Shown: in pieces, positions 40,294-50,851 of the stretch
Numbering within the stretch: the first letter of the stretch is position 1
Layout of the letters: every line of letters begins with the position of its first letter
Sequence record: NZ_CP118102.1
Direction: 5' to 3' (one strand)
Source: a plasmid
Length of the DNA stretch: 64,000 nucleotides
The notes under the pieces: model-generated
Told to the model about the DNA's origin: nothing
What the model saw: only the letters and a program-made list of their open reading frames with translations
The model's database searches: none
Program-made: the position numbers and the translations under genes

Positions 40294-41561
40294 AGACGAA
40301 AGAGCGAGTCATTATGTTAGCTGACTGTCAGTCGTTCTATGCCAGTGTTGAAAAGGCAGAGCATCCGGAGTACAAAAATCGGCCGCTCGTTGTAGCCGGT
40401 GATCCTGAAAGACGTTCAGGAATCGTATTGGCTGCTTGTCCCATTGCCAAATCTAAAGGAATAACTACTGCTGAAAGACTAGGGGAGGCACTGGCTAAGT
40501 GTCCGGACCTTGTGGTCGTTAAACCACGCATGCAGCAATATATTGATGTCTCAATGAAAATCACCGAAATCTACAAGTCTTATACTGATTTGGTGGAGCC
40601 GTACAGTATCGATGAACAGTTCTTAGATGTCAGCGGGAGCCTGCACCTATTTGATTGCACACCTGAAGAATTGGCCCGTTTAATACAAAATCATGTCCAA
40701 GAAGCAACAGGAGTGTACACCCGATTTGGAATATCCAATACTAAAATACTTGCAAAGACCGCGTGTGATAATTATGCGAAAAAGAATGCTGCAGGAGTCT
40801 ACACTTTAACCAAAGAGATGCTACCAGAGACGTTATGGAAGCGACCTGTCAGCGACATGTTTATGGTAGGGAGCCGAATGAAACGGCATCTTACAGTAAT
40901 GGGACTTACTACGATCGGAAGTGTCGCTCAAACGCCATTATCCAGGCTTAAGGATATGATGCGTCGTAAGTTCGGAAAAAATTCTGACATTCAGGCAGAG
41001 ATGTACTGGAGAATAGCCAACGGGATCGATGATAGTCCAGTGCGCCCTGGCACTCACCAAGATGCACCTAAATCAGTCGGCCATATGATGACCCTGCCCA
41101 GAGACTACGGAACCATTGATGAAATTAAGGTTGTTCTGCTGGAGTTGACGGAGCTAGTCTGCCAACGCTGCCGTACACTTGGGTTAATGGGGAACGTAGT
41201 GTCAGTAGGATGCTTAGGCGCTGATTTTGACCGGCCTACAGGCTTTTCTAGGCAACTTAAAATGGAAGACCCGACGAATATAACCAATCAAGTTTACCAA
41301 TGGGCCTGCAAGCTGTTAGATCAATTTTGGGATGGCTTCCCGATTCGTAGGGTGGGTATCAGTTTGTCTCAGCTTTCACCTGATAATGAATACCAAGTAT
41401 CCATGTTTGACTCCGGTCGTGAGAAATCTATGGCTCTTGAACGAGTTACTGATGCTCTAAAGCAGAAGTACGGGGATACAGTTGTCATGCGCGCTGTTTC
41501 CAAAACGGCAGCGGGCCAAGCGGTCGACCGATCTGATAAAATAGGAGGTCACTTCAAATGA
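40290..41561 (+). CDS. Y-family translesion DNA polymerase (UvrX/YqjW/UmuC-like)
   Basis: N-terminus IMLADCQSFYASVE. The acidic motif is SIDEQFLDV. 423 aa. Confidence 0.8.
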   Translation: MKTKERVIMLADCQSFYASVEKAEHPEYKNRPLVVAGDPERRSGIVLAACPIAKSKGITTAERLGEALAKCPDLVVVKPRMQQYIDVSMKITEIYKSYTDLVEPYSIDEQFLDVSGSLHLFDCTPEELARLIQNHVQEATGVYTRFGISNTKILAKTACDNYAKKNAAGVYTLTKEMLPETLWKRPVSDMFMVGSRMKRHLTVMGLTTIGSVAQTPLSRLKDMMRRKFGKNSDIQAEMYWRIANGIDDSPVRPGTHQDAPKSVGHMMTLPRDYGTIDEIKVVLLELTELVCQRCRTLGLMGNVVSVGCLGADFDRPTGFSRQLKMEDPTNITNQVYQWACKLLDQFWDGFPIRRVGISLSQLSPDNEYQVSMFDSGREKSMALERVTDALKQKYGDTVVMRAVSKTAAGQAVDRSDKIGGHFK

Positions 41562-41899
41562 CAACTCGAAAAAAACTCGAAGGTAACGGATTATGGGAGT
41601 CAAGTCGAATGATGCTCCCGGAGCATAAAGAGGTAATAATACGGCAGCAGGTTGAAGAAAACAAAAAAACAAAACCAATTCTAGATTCCCAAGAGGTAGA
41701 GCTCATCCAACTCGCACTTGCAGAGTCTCTTCATCAACATCGGCGTATAAATTTGCAATTATATGATGAATATAAAGACATACATCTGAGCGGGTTCGTT
41801 GTTTTGATAAATGCTTACAAAAGGGAATTTAAATTTGTCACTAATCGAGATGAATGGCATTGGGTAAGTGTTCAGGACATCGTTTCAGTTAGCTCATAA
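41558..41899 (+). CDS. YolD-like protein (functional UmuD analogue of Bacillus mobile elements)
   Basis: Signature WESSRMMLPEH. Overlaps the polymerase stop by 4 nt. Confidence 0.65.
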   Translation: MTTRKKLEGNGLWESSRMMLPEHKEVIIRQQVEENKKTKPILDSQEVELIQLALAESLHQHRRINLQLYDEYKDIHLSGFVVLINAYKREFKFVTNRDEWHWVSVQDIVSVSS

Positions 41900-41920
41900 T
41901 CTAATGAGAATTTTTTTAAA

Positions 41921-41958
41921 GATTGCTAAATAACTAACTAGCAATCTTTTTTATTTTT
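41921..41958 (+). terminator. rho-independent terminator
   Basis: Hairpin AGATTGCTAaataactaacTAGCAATCT followed by TTTTTTATTTTTT. Confidence 0.6.
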
Positions 41959-42059
41959 TATGCATATCTTTTTCATCCACTCAATAATGTTGTAGGAGTA
42001 TAATATCGTTTTTCTTACTTGTAGTGCTTCTTTCGTTTTTTTAATTGTATTTATTTGTT

Positions 42060-42335
42060 CTCAAAATATGAGATAGGGTCTCTCAACATCTGATCCAAAC
42101 TCTCTCAAATCTTCAGAGAGGGCCTCTCAGTTATTGACTAGCGAATAGGCCTTTCAAAATTTGAAAGGCAGCTTCTCGAAAATTGAGAGGCGAGATTTAT
42201 TAGTTAAACCGCCTCTCAAAAATTGAGAGACGACGCTTTTCAAATTTTTATACCCCGCTACTCAAATTTTGAGAGGCGGCTTCTAAAAATTTGATAGTCG
42301 GCATTTCAGATTTTGAGAAGCGGACAATTACATAA
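42060..42335. repeat. Iteron array of type A. It has about 6 direct copies of a ~16-bp unit CAAAAATTGAGAGGCG, plus inverted partial copies (CTCTCAA).
   Basis: Copies at about 42152, 42180, 42216, 42262, 42286 and 42310. A palindrome GCCTTTCAAAATTTGAAAGGC is present. The array is adjacent to the rep gene. Confidence 0.6.
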
Positions 42336-42337
42336 AA

Positions 42338-42361
42338 AAACAGACCATGAGGTCTGTTTTA
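42338..42361. terminator. bidirectional terminator at the rep 3' end
   Basis: AAAAAAACAGACCatgaGGTCTGTTTT. Confidence 0.6.
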
Positions 42362-43348
42362 CTAATCTAACTGTACACAATCAAAGTGTATCTCGCTGAT
42401 ATCGCAGGCAAAAGGCAAGACAATTTGTAAAATCGTATCTTTATACCGTTCTCTTAGCCAATCCCTTGTAAAGGGGACTGGAGAGTATACTGTAAGCACT
42501 TGTCCTCGCTTAATAGCAAAAGTATTTTTAAACCAAGTATCGAAAGAAGGACGGGAAAGAGTTGTACTTATTCCACTTAATACTTGATCCCATAACTTTG
42601 TGTCTTCATCGGTACGCTCTTGTTCGAGTAAGCTTATCTTGTTGAGTGTTTCCTTTTCCAATTGCAGCACTGATTTTTCTTTACGTACTACAGTGCCATG
42701 TTTAACAACATCATCATAAATCTCTAAGTAGTCAACGGCTGGGTTCAGGTTGAGAAATTGATCAAAATTCGCAACAATCCCCTGCATGTACTTATCGTGA
42801 TCAAGTTTTAATTCAGTCGGAAGCTGCTCATAGAGCTCCTGGGGCAGGAAAGGGACCTGCTTACGAACCTTATAGAGGGGACTTTCCTCCATATTATTCA
42901 TGTCTGCATTCTGAACATTGAAGACAAGTACGAAACCATATCGCTCAAGAGTGCCTAAAAACTTTTTAATCGTATTCCGACTCTTGTTCATTTTCAAGCT
43001 AATTAGTTTGAGATCTGGCCAGCAGTAATCTTTATCCCCATAGCAGTAGCGTTTCAAATGAGCGTATAGAGCCACACCCTCAGCACCGAGAAAATGACTC
43101 CAATAGTCAAAGATATAATTGCTCAGAATAGTAACGTGACCATCTACATAGGGAATAGGCTGCCCGTGCTTGTCTAAGCTGAACTTACGCACATTATCTT
43201 CTGTAATATAGATTTTCTCTAATTCTTTTTCGGTGTAGATTTGTTCAACACCGTCGACTTTTCTCACTTTAGGTGTCTCTGTACCCGTTGGCCTATACCG
43301 ATAATACATTAACTTATGTTGTGTACCTTTTAGATTCTTGTTGATCAT
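42362..43348 (-). CDS. plasmid replication initiator with a C-terminal DnaA N-terminal-like (DnaA_N) domain
   Basis: C-terminus SRPSFDTWFKNTFAIKRGQVLTVYSPVPFTRDWLRERY. Iterons lie adjacent. 328 aa. Confidence 0.5.
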   Translation of the reverse strand: MINKNLKGTQHKLMYYRYRPTGTETPKVRKVDGVEQIYTEKELEKIYITEDNVRKFSLDKHGQPIPYVDGHVTILSNYIFDYWSHFLGAEGVALYAHLKRYCYGDKDYCWPDLKLISLKMNKSRNTIKKFLGTLERYGFVLVFNVQNADMNNMEESPLYKVRKQVPFLPQELYEQLPTELKLDHDKYMQGIVANFDQFLNLNPAVDYLEIYDDVVKHGTVVRKEKSVLQLEKETLNKISLLEQERTDEDTKLWDQVLSGISTTLSRPSFDTWFKNTFAIKRGQVLTVYSPVPFTRDWLRERYKDTILQIVLPFACDISEIHFDCVQLD

Positions 43349-43760
43349 AAGAATACTCCTCTAACGCCCTATGAACAAAGCAGGTGACCTTCACAGAGTT
43401 TTGAGACTATGCTAAAATAGCCATAATCTAATTAATGTGAATGAAGTCCTTACTTCCTCACATTTACTGTCTTATGCTTGGCGGCCGCGGACAGCAAATG
43501 TTGACTAGAATGAGGGCTTTATTTTTTATGTAACAGTTATTGAATTCATTCTAATATATATATTAATATATTACCTTCAAAGTTCTACATATTTCCACTC
43601 CTTATTTTGTGACAGAAAAAGAAATTAAGAAGAATTGAAAAAAGCTATGTCGCATACTGTTTGTTTATTAATATTGTTTTGTTATTTAAAATGATTAACA
43701 AATTGATTGCTTGTTTACAGGTCTATGAATCTATTGAATTGACGGGCTTTCTAGCACTTT

Positions 43761-44490
43761 GCTGTCACAAGATAAGGAGTTAACAGTCACAACTTGGGGA
43801 GTATAGATGTCACAGTTAGAGGAGTAAAGTATCACATTTGTAGGAGTGAGCCGTCACAATAAAAGGAGTAGAGGTGTCACAATTAGAGGAGTAGATATAG
43901 TAAAACTTCACCCAATTCGTTACCGATTATATATATACGAATGATTTCTTCTCTGATCTTGGTCTAGGTTGTTTCAAAGTGATACTGATATAAAATTTAC
44001 TCCTTTTATTGTGACAGTAAGGGTTGATTACTCCTAATTTTGTGACACTTGTGATTGGATACTCCCTACACTGTGACAGCTAGGAAATGATAATTATGAA
44101 AACAACTCCTTTATTTGTGACAGACAAAGGCCGATTCCTGCAAATTTGATGGCATACGTAAAGAAAGTCACCAGGTAATGTGTTTTACTCCTAAGTTTGT
44201 GACAGAAAGTAAATACTACTCCTTAAAATGTGATAGTTTGCTTTATTTACTCCTTTATTTGTGACAGCTAAGCGTATATGATTCAAAAAACTCCTCGTTA
44301 TGTGACAGAAAACTAGAAAGAGACTCCTCATTATGTGATAATTACGTTCTAGAAAGCATAAAAGCACTCTATTATAAGAAAGAAAATTCAACTCTTTAGC
44401 AATGTTCGGTTAAAAAACTCCTCTTTTTGTGACAGAAGTTCAGTTACTGAAGGAAGTTATTTACTTTTATCTGTCACATATAAAGGAGTG
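43761..44490. repeat. Iteron array of type B. About 17 copies of a 20-bp unit ACTCCTnnnnnTGTGACAG lie in two opposed orientation blocks upstream of the Rep_3 gene (oriV-like).
   Basis: GTCACA...AGGAGT orientation at 43761-43892 (6 copies). ACTCCT...TGTGACAG orientation at 43998-44435 (about 10 copies). One more inverted copy at 44468-44490. Confidence 0.75.
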
Positions 44491-44542
44491 GAAAATCAGT
44501 AACCGGTTATTTATAGTAATTTTAAAGGGAGGGTTAAGAGAA

Positions 44543-45778
44543 ATGAAAGCAGAGCAGTTAGAATTCGACCTAGAACCAACATCTATTTCACCCGAGTACA
44601 TCGTTACGAAATCAAATGCATTGATCGAAATGCCTCTTAACCTGGACCTGCAGGAATCACGAGTAATCTATACACTTATATCCTTGATTCAACCAGACGA
44701 TGAGGATTTTAAAACTCATTTTGTTAAAGTGAAAGAATTTGCTGATATTCTAGATCTGCAGGAAAAGAACTTCTATAAGAAAATAAGAGAAGTTGTAACT
44801 GGGCTGCAGCGAAAAACACTCGTTATCCGTGAAAATAATGGGGAATCAGAGCTAGTGGTAAACTGGCTTTCCGCGTCTCGTTATCACCATCGGAAAGGTG
44901 TAGTTGAATTAGAGTTCTCGCCTCAGTTGAAGCCTTACCTACTGAAGCTTAAGAAGGACTTTACCCGATATAAATTAGCTAACGTTCTGGTCCTTAGAAG
45001 TAAATACTCGATTCGGATGTATGAACTGCTGAAACGTTATCTCAATTTTGGAAAGAGAAGGTTCACACTTGAGCAGCTTCGTAACTTACTCGAGATTGAA
45101 CCAGGCAAATTAACGCATTATGGACACCTAAAGCAGCGGGTACTTTTAAAAACACAAGAGGAGCTGGCTGAGAAGACCGATATTTCTTTTGATTTTGAGG
45201 AGACAAAAGTCGGACATAAGGTAGTCGCAATTACTTGTTACATAAAACAAAATCACCGTAAAAAGTTGCTGCAAAAGGATCCTGATTTATTTGAAGAAGG
45301 TGTCACAGCGATATCTTTATTGACTCGCTTCGGTGTAAGAAAGTCTGTTGCTGAAGACTTACTTAAAACATTTGGCGAAAAGAGAGTCAAAGCCAATATT
45401 CAGTATGTTTATGAGACTAAACAAGAGGCGAGCATTGACAATATAAGCGGTTATATGGTTAAAGCAATCCGGGAGGATTTTGTGAATAACGGAGCAGGAT
45501 ATGAGGAGGAAGATCTTTATGATTTTGAGACATCGATTCCTCATTTGAATGCCCGCTTGCGCCGGCTGATTGAAAATCATCAGGAAAAGATGGATCAGGC
45601 GAAAAAGTCTGAAGAGAAAAAAATGCGTAGTGACATGACTCAAGCGGTTGTTGATGAAATTCACAGAACACTTGAAATACGCAGGAGCCGAAATCTTCGG
45701 CCACTTGATCCGGAGGATTTTGAGCAGAAGTATGTACGAGAGCTGTATGAATACTTATTGGAGCACCCCTATGTATGA
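44543..45778 (+). CDS. Rep_3-family (RepB-type, iteron-binding) plasmid replication initiator
   Basis: IVTKSNALIEMPLNLDLQESRVIYTLIS and SIRMYELLKRYLNFGKRRFTLEQLRNLL are Rep_3 signatures. RBS GGGAGGG. Iterons lie upstream. Confidence 0.8.
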   Translation: MKAEQLEFDLEPTSISPEYIVTKSNALIEMPLNLDLQESRVIYTLISLIQPDDEDFKTHFVKVKEFADILDLQEKNFYKKIREVVTGLQRKTLVIRENNGESELVVNWLSASRYHHRKGVVELEFSPQLKPYLLKLKKDFTRYKLANVLVLRSKYSIRMYELLKRYLNFGKRRFTLEQLRNLLEIEPGKLTHYGHLKQRVLLKTQEELAEKTDISFDFEETKVGHKVVAITCYIKQNHRKKLLQKDPDLFEEGVTAISLLTRFGVRKSVAEDLLKTFGEKRVKANIQYVYETKQEASIDNISGYMVKAIREDFVNNGAGYEEEDLYDFETSIPHLNARLRRLIENHQEKMDQAKKSEEKKMRSDMTQAVVDEIHRTLEIRRSRNLRPLDPEDFEQKYVRELYEYLLEHPYV

Positions 45779-46890
45779 TTGGGGTGCTTTTTCTTTCGAT
45801 TATTGCTTACAAAACCATGGATATCATTGATAATCTTGTCCTTAGCCTTGAGCCAAAGCTGAAGAGTGTTCCTTTCGTATCCATTGTCTTCGCAGTACTG
45901 TCTAAATTCCTTTTCTATCACAAATTGAGGAGTCACACTGGTAATATTCCTGAAGGGATCCAGGAAGCCACGAATCAGCAGGTATTCTTCAGGTCTCAGT
46001 CCGTTTATTACTTGTCCAAAGTTTTCAGTCTCAATAAGTTTTGATAAATACGGCACCGGCTGCCGGATTGATCCAATTCGAGTTTGAACATAATCAAGTG
46101 CAACAATAAAAGCATATTCTCCTTTTTGCAGCCACTTGGAATAGAGGTCCGGAGTAAGCTTGGCATCAATGAACTTTGTGAAAAGCTTGGCTTGATCCAA
46201 AAAGTAGTCCTGGTTGATATCCAGGTGAGCATGCGAGATGGAACGGGATAGTTGGATTTGCAAACTATTTATTCGATTTCCTGATTTTTGCTCGATGAAA
46301 TTTATCGACAAGCCAAGGAGAGATTTAATTTCTTCAGAAGCTGGCACCAGTATCCTTGCTTTAAAGTTAGCATAGCGTGGGTATTGATCATGTACATCTA
46401 ACATCTCTCTTAATTCTTCGATAGTAACAATATCACCGTTCCACACGCTGTCACGAACAAGAGTATACAATTTGATAGTAAAAGTACTTTTGGCTTTCAG
46501 CAGTAAGTTTATTTCATCGGTATTAAACATTTTGGCGAGTCTAAGAAACAGAATTTCTATGGCAGCATGCATCTTGAAGCTAATTACTTGGGATCTGCTA
46601 GGAATCTCGATATTTTCAATCAACCTTTTCTCGAATTCTAGAGACCGCTCTTGCACTAAGATTTCGGTTTCGGCCAGTTGGATAAAAGTCGATTTTAACT
46701 CTGTATATTTAATATTTTTATGGTTCATTCTCTCAGATAAATCGGAAAGTCTGATGACATATTGATGCAATGGAGAAATGTTCCAACGAATCAAGTCTGT
46801 AAGCCAAAGTAGAATCTTGATTTCAGTGAGGGTAAGTTTCTTTAATCGATTATTTGAGAACTTTTCAAAAAACATATACATATTCACCAC
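45769..46890 (-). CDS. second Rep_3-family-like replication initiator, convergent with the first
   Basis: TIKLYTLVRDSVWNGDIVTIEELREMLDV...YANFKARILVPASEEI resembles the Rep_3 C-terminal signature. 373 aa. Confidence 0.55.
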   Translation of the reverse strand: MVNMYMFFEKFSNNRLKKLTLTEIKILLWLTDLIRWNISPLHQYVIRLSDLSERMNHKNIKYTELKSTFIQLAETEILVQERSLEFEKRLIENIEIPSRSQVISFKMHAAIEILFLRLAKMFNTDEINLLLKAKSTFTIKLYTLVRDSVWNGDIVTIEELREMLDVHDQYPRYANFKARILVPASEEIKSLLGLSINFIEQKSGNRINSLQIQLSRSISHAHLDINQDYFLDQAKLFTKFIDAKLTPDLYSKWLQKGEYAFIVALDYVQTRIGSIRQPVPYLSKLIETENFGQVINGLRPEEYLLIRGFLDPFRNITSVTPQFVIEKEFRQYCEDNGYERNTLQLWLKAKDKIINDIHGFVSNNRKKKHPNHT

Positions 46891-47174
46891 CTCACTGGCT
46901 ATTATATCTAAACCTCAAACATTTTGATACTCGACCAGTAACTACATATTTGCGTCTTCCTGCCATAAATCTATGTAATATCCAGAAACTAATAAATGGT
47001 ATATTTTATGTATTGATAAATGTTATGTATATGTATTAATATTCTACTGCTTGCCATATATTACTCACTGAGTAATATGTTTCATAGTAAATTATATTTA
47101 ATAAAGGTTATGAATTAGCACAACATAAACACGATAAATATGGTAGGAAAAGATAAGTTTGGAGGTTTTTAAGA

Positions 47175-47549
47175 ATGAATAAAAAAGAGTTTGAGGCTGT
47201 AATTAATTTACCATCAAATGTTCGATACGAATATTTTATAAAAAAAGTAGCTGATTATGAAGAAGTATGGGGGCTGTATGATAACGGATGGGCTGTAACA
47301 TCAGACCCAAACGGGAATTTATTACTTCCTTTCTGGCCTAAGAAAGAATTTGCAGAGGCATGTGCAATTGAGGATTGGAAGAATTATAAAGCTGAATCTA
47401 TTGATCTAAGTGGATTTATTGAAGAATTCTTGCCACAATTAAAAGAAGATGGTATCAAACCTTCTATTTTCTTTAATAATGATGATTCAGCCGTGCTGGA
47501 AGTTAACACTTTGATCGAGGATATTGAGACTGAATTAGAAAAATATTAA
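47175..47549 (+). CDS. hypothetical protein (DUF2750-like)
   Basis: EEVWGLYDNGWAVTSDPNGNLLLPFWPKKEFAEA pattern. GGAGG RBS. Confidence 0.4.
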   Translation: MNKKEFEAVINLPSNVRYEYFIKKVADYEEVWGLYDNGWAVTSDPNGNLLLPFWPKKEFAEACAIEDWKNYKAESIDLSGFIEEFLPQLKEDGIKPSIFFNNDDSAVLEVNTLIEDIETELEKY

Positions 47550-47565
47550 TCTAGATGAGTAACAC

Positions 47566-47600
47566 AAGTCACCGATCAAATAATGATCGGTGACTTTTTA
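47566..47600 (+). terminator. rho-independent terminator
   Basis: GTCACCGATCAaataaTGATCGGTGAC followed by TTTTTA. Confidence 0.75.
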
Positions 47601-47876
47601 TAATTACAAACATATAAATATCTTTTTTCTATTGATATTAAATGCTATAATCTAACCAACAGATATGTATTACATTAATTTTCTCTGCTGTCTTACATTT
47701 CGGTGGAGTGGGAGTAGCTGTATTAATGGCAAATAGATAGTTGGATTGCTGGTGCATGCGGTATAAGTATGTACTTTTTTTGCGTCCATTTTTGTGAGCT
47801 CATCGATAGATGAGCTCTTTTTTTATGCCCATAGGAGATTAAAAACAACAGGTTTCATAAAGAAAGGGGTTAATTC

Positions 47877-49127
47877 ATGAGATTACGTAGAACTAGACAT
47901 GCTGATTGGTTTGAGATTATGTCGCTGTGCCCGATCTGTGGAAAGAAAGGGTGGTGTGCGATCAATAAGGATCAGACCATTGTTCATTGCATGCGAGTAC
48001 CATCGGATAAATACAAAGATTCAGATATTGGTCGGCAATATACACATTATTTAACGGAGAGTGCACCGCGGGAGCGAATTGAAATTGAGCTATCCAATGC
48101 GGTAGAGAAGCGATCAAATGACCATCTGAATCATGTATACCGTACCTTTACTAAAGAAGTCCCTCTGTCTACAAAGCACGCAAGTCACTTACGTAGCGAC
48201 CGAATGATGGACGAGGACTCAATACGAATGAGAGAATATCGGACAATGCCAGAAAGGGACCGTTATAAAGTCGCTAAAGGGATGATAGGGCGATTAAGCA
48301 GCGAAAATGACTTACTAGGTGTTCCAGGATTTTTTGCAGCTGAGGGTCGCTATGGAGCATACTGGACGATAGCTGGGAATACGGGTCTAATGGTTCCGTA
48401 TCGATCAATCCGTAATGAAATCACTGGCTGGCAAATTCGTGTAGATAAACCACCGCTCGAGTTGTCGATGCAGGGTTCTATAAAAGGTGAAATTATGGAG
48501 GAGGTTGAGCCACTTCCTAATGGCTTGAGACGAGCTAAATGCTCACTCCAAGTCCAGGATAAAACACTTGAAGTAATTCTTACTGAAAAGGATAAGAAGA
48601 TATGTCATTCCAAGTCCGGTCAGTTTGTCTTCAGTGTAAAACTTGAGCAGGGTACCAAGTACTGGTGGTGGAGCAGCGGATCTAAAATGAATGGTGCTTC
48701 TATAGGGGGGCCACTGCCGGTTCATTTGGCTCTTCCTTATCCATGTCTCCCATATTGGAAAACAGGGGAGGATCCCAGCGATATTATCGACTGTTCAGAG
48801 GTATGGGTGACAGAGGGAGCACTAAAAGCAGATCTTGCAGCTGATCTAATGGTAAAGCCGTTCTTCGCCGTTCCTGGAACGGGAGCTTTTAGATTAGCCC
48901 TTGAACCATTAAAGGAGCTCGGCTGCAAACATGTCGTTTTAGCCTTTGACGCCGACGCAGTTACAACTCCTGAAGTACAACGTTCTCTAGAGCTATGCGC
49001 AGAGTTTTTTGCAAAAGAAAGCGATATGGCACTAAGCCTTGCAATGTGGGACGTTTCATTAGGAAAGGGAATTGATGATCTACTGCGGGCAAATTATGTT
49101 CCTCAGGTGTCTTCTTTATTGAGTTAA
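47877..49127 (+). CDS. plasmid primase-like protein with an N-terminal CxxC...HC zinc finger and a C-terminal Toprim domain
   Basis: Zinc finger CPICGKKGWC...HCMRV. Toprim VWVTEGALKAD ... VVLAFDADAV. Confidence 0.6.
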   Translation: MRLRRTRHADWFEIMSLCPICGKKGWCAINKDQTIVHCMRVPSDKYKDSDIGRQYTHYLTESAPRERIEIELSNAVEKRSNDHLNHVYRTFTKEVPLSTKHASHLRSDRMMDEDSIRMREYRTMPERDRYKVAKGMIGRLSSENDLLGVPGFFAAEGRYGAYWTIAGNTGLMVPYRSIRNEITGWQIRVDKPPLELSMQGSIKGEIMEEVEPLPNGLRRAKCSLQVQDKTLEVILTEKDKKICHSKSGQFVFSVKLEQGTKYWWWSSGSKMNGASIGGPLPVHLALPYPCLPYWKTGEDPSDIIDCSEVWVTEGALKADLAADLMVKPFFAVPGTGAFRLALEPLKELGCKHVVLAFDADAVTTPEVQRSLELCAEFFAKESDMALSLAMWDVSLGKGIDDLLRANYVPQVSSLLS

Positions 49128-49450
49128 GGCTTTGTGTGGCAGGGAGTTCAAAATTAACTATAGAAAGAACAACATTAATATGAAAAAAATAGAATCTGTG
49201 GATGACGTAACAAAAATAAATCAGGGAGTGGTTAAAGCAGAGGGGATGCAGTTTAGCAATGTTGAGCTACTCTTAATCGAAAGTGCTCTATAGAGGAATC
49301 TGGATTTTTTATCGGTCCGGGTCAACGTTTATATGACAAAGTACGTAGTCATCTAGAGCCACAATGTTACAGATTTAACGAGACTGGTTCGTACTATCGG
49401 GTTATGTAGGATCGGTACAAATAAAAGAAGCATAAAAGGGTGATAAAAAC

Positions 49451-49780
49451 ATGCCAACTTGTATAAAATGTGGCTTTTACGATGATATAGATGCTGATTT
49501 TTTAACAAAGAAAAAAGATATCTGTATAAGTTGCGGACCACATATTTTAGTAGAATTCATCGTTAGTGATAAGCTCGGTAAATATGTGAATGTACATATC
49601 AAGAACCTCCTGGATTATAGTGGAGATGACGATGCAACTTTCTATAGTGAAAGTAAACACTCTTACAAAAAAGATGCAATTGATTACGCTAAGCAAGCTG
49701 CTGATAAAAACCAGAGGAATTTAATCATTTTGTACAGGGGAATCAGCCCTTGGTTGGCAGATAAAGAGTTGAGCATTTAG
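49451..49780 (+). CDS. hypothetical CxxC protein (109 aa)
   Basis: Cysteine pairs CIKCG and CISCG. Confidence 0.3.
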   Translation: MPTCIKCGFYDDIDADFLTKKKDICISCGPHILVEFIVSDKLGKYVNVHIKNLLDYSGDDDATFYSESKHSYKKDAIDYAKQAADKNQRNLIILYRGISPWLADKELSI

Positions 49781-49796
49781 GTCAGGAGAAGATAGC

Positions 49797-50036
49797 ATGC
49801 AATTTCAAATAAAACAAGTAGGTCGGCGCTGGTTTAAAGTCGAGGTTTTAGAGCCCATAGATGGCAGCAGGTCCTATTATGATAGAGGAAAAGCGGAAGC
49901 CAGTTTTAGTGTTAATCTTGAGTCATCGAATAGGAAATGGACGATCACAGGCACTGGATCAAGAGCTTACCGGAAAGAAATGATACAAGAATTAGAAAAT
50001 TATGTTGAGCTGCACGAACCATGGATTGAAGAGTAG
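49797..50036 (+). CDS. hypothetical protein (79 aa)
   Basis: ORF with an RBS. Confidence 0.3.
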   Translation: MQFQIKQVGRRWFKVEVLEPIDGSRSYYDRGKAEASFSVNLESSNRKWTITGTGSRAYRKEMIQELENYVELHEPWIEE

Positions 50037-50216
50037 CAGCGGTGTTATATGTCCAGGTTTCATTCCGGGACAATTCTAATGTACTCATTAAACAAAATAT
50101 CGGGTTATAAAAGAATGAAAGCGAGGACAAGACGTCCTCGCTTTTTTGACTTTTTGAGATGACTATTTTCGACAACAATTCTAACCTTTATACCATAAAT
50201 AGAGTCGTAATATATG

Positions 50217-50690
50217 CTAGGATATTTGTAAAGTTCGTAATGGAACTGAAGTACTTATAACTACTTGAGCTGTGGAAACACGCTCAATACATACAAATTC
50301 TTCTGGCGTTGCTGTATTGTTATTTTTTCTGTACGTTACTTCATTTTGTAGAACGATTCTTGCTTTCCTTTTGACATCTTCAAGAGATGGACTTTGGACT
50401 CGAATACGGAATCCTGGAATATAAGCTGTATAGTGATTTTTATCTCTATTGGATTCATACAAAACAGGGAACTTGGTTCCACCCATAAGAAGAGTTTCGG
50501 TACTAGCGTTATCGTCTGGAATTAGGCTGCCAGCATCGATAAGCGATGAAATTTCATGATTTAGAATTTCTTGAGTAATTTCACGTGCTTCTTCGTAAGT
50601 ATCACCGATGATGTCCATGTTTAGAGCAGGTATGTAAGCTACAACATTCGACGTAGCTCGATCTCCTTCGTAAATTACTATATAAGACAC
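50217..50690 (-). CDS. protein with tandem HicB-like (UPF0150) domains
   Basis: YIVIYEGDRATSNVVAYIPALNMDIIGDTYEEAREITQEIL and HYTAYIPGFRIRVQSPSLEDVKRKARIVLQ both resemble the HicB N-terminal fold. Confidence 0.4.
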   Translation of the reverse strand: MSYIVIYEGDRATSNVVAYIPALNMDIIGDTYEEAREITQEILNHEISSLIDAGSLIPDDNASTETLLMGGTKFPVLYESNRDKNHYTAYIPGFRIRVQSPSLEDVKRKARIVLQNEVTYRKNNNTATPEEFVCIERVSTAQVVISTSVPLRTLQIS

Positions 50691-50851
50691 AGAATAATGC
50701 CCCCCCTTTTGCCTGATTGCGAACGTTCTACTTGAAGTTTATAACAAATTTGTTAACAGTGGAATATTAATGGCCTAAAATGGAGATTAAACGACCTGAA
50801 ATGTAAATTATGTAGGTAAAAGGAGGCAGGACTTAGGAAGGATATGTTTTT

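Noticed and set aside
44191-44391. 66-aa minus-strand ORF inside the iteron array
   Set aside because: - It is composed of iteron sequence and has no RBS.
- An artefact of repeat content.
43761-44490. Dense array of about 17 short direct and inverted repeats that superficially resembles a CRISPR array
   Set aside because: - The repeat unit is only 20 bp and spacing is irregular (10-60 bp).
- Copies occur in two opposite orientations.
- The array abuts a Rep_3 initiator and there are no cas genes.
- These features fit plasmid oriV iterons.
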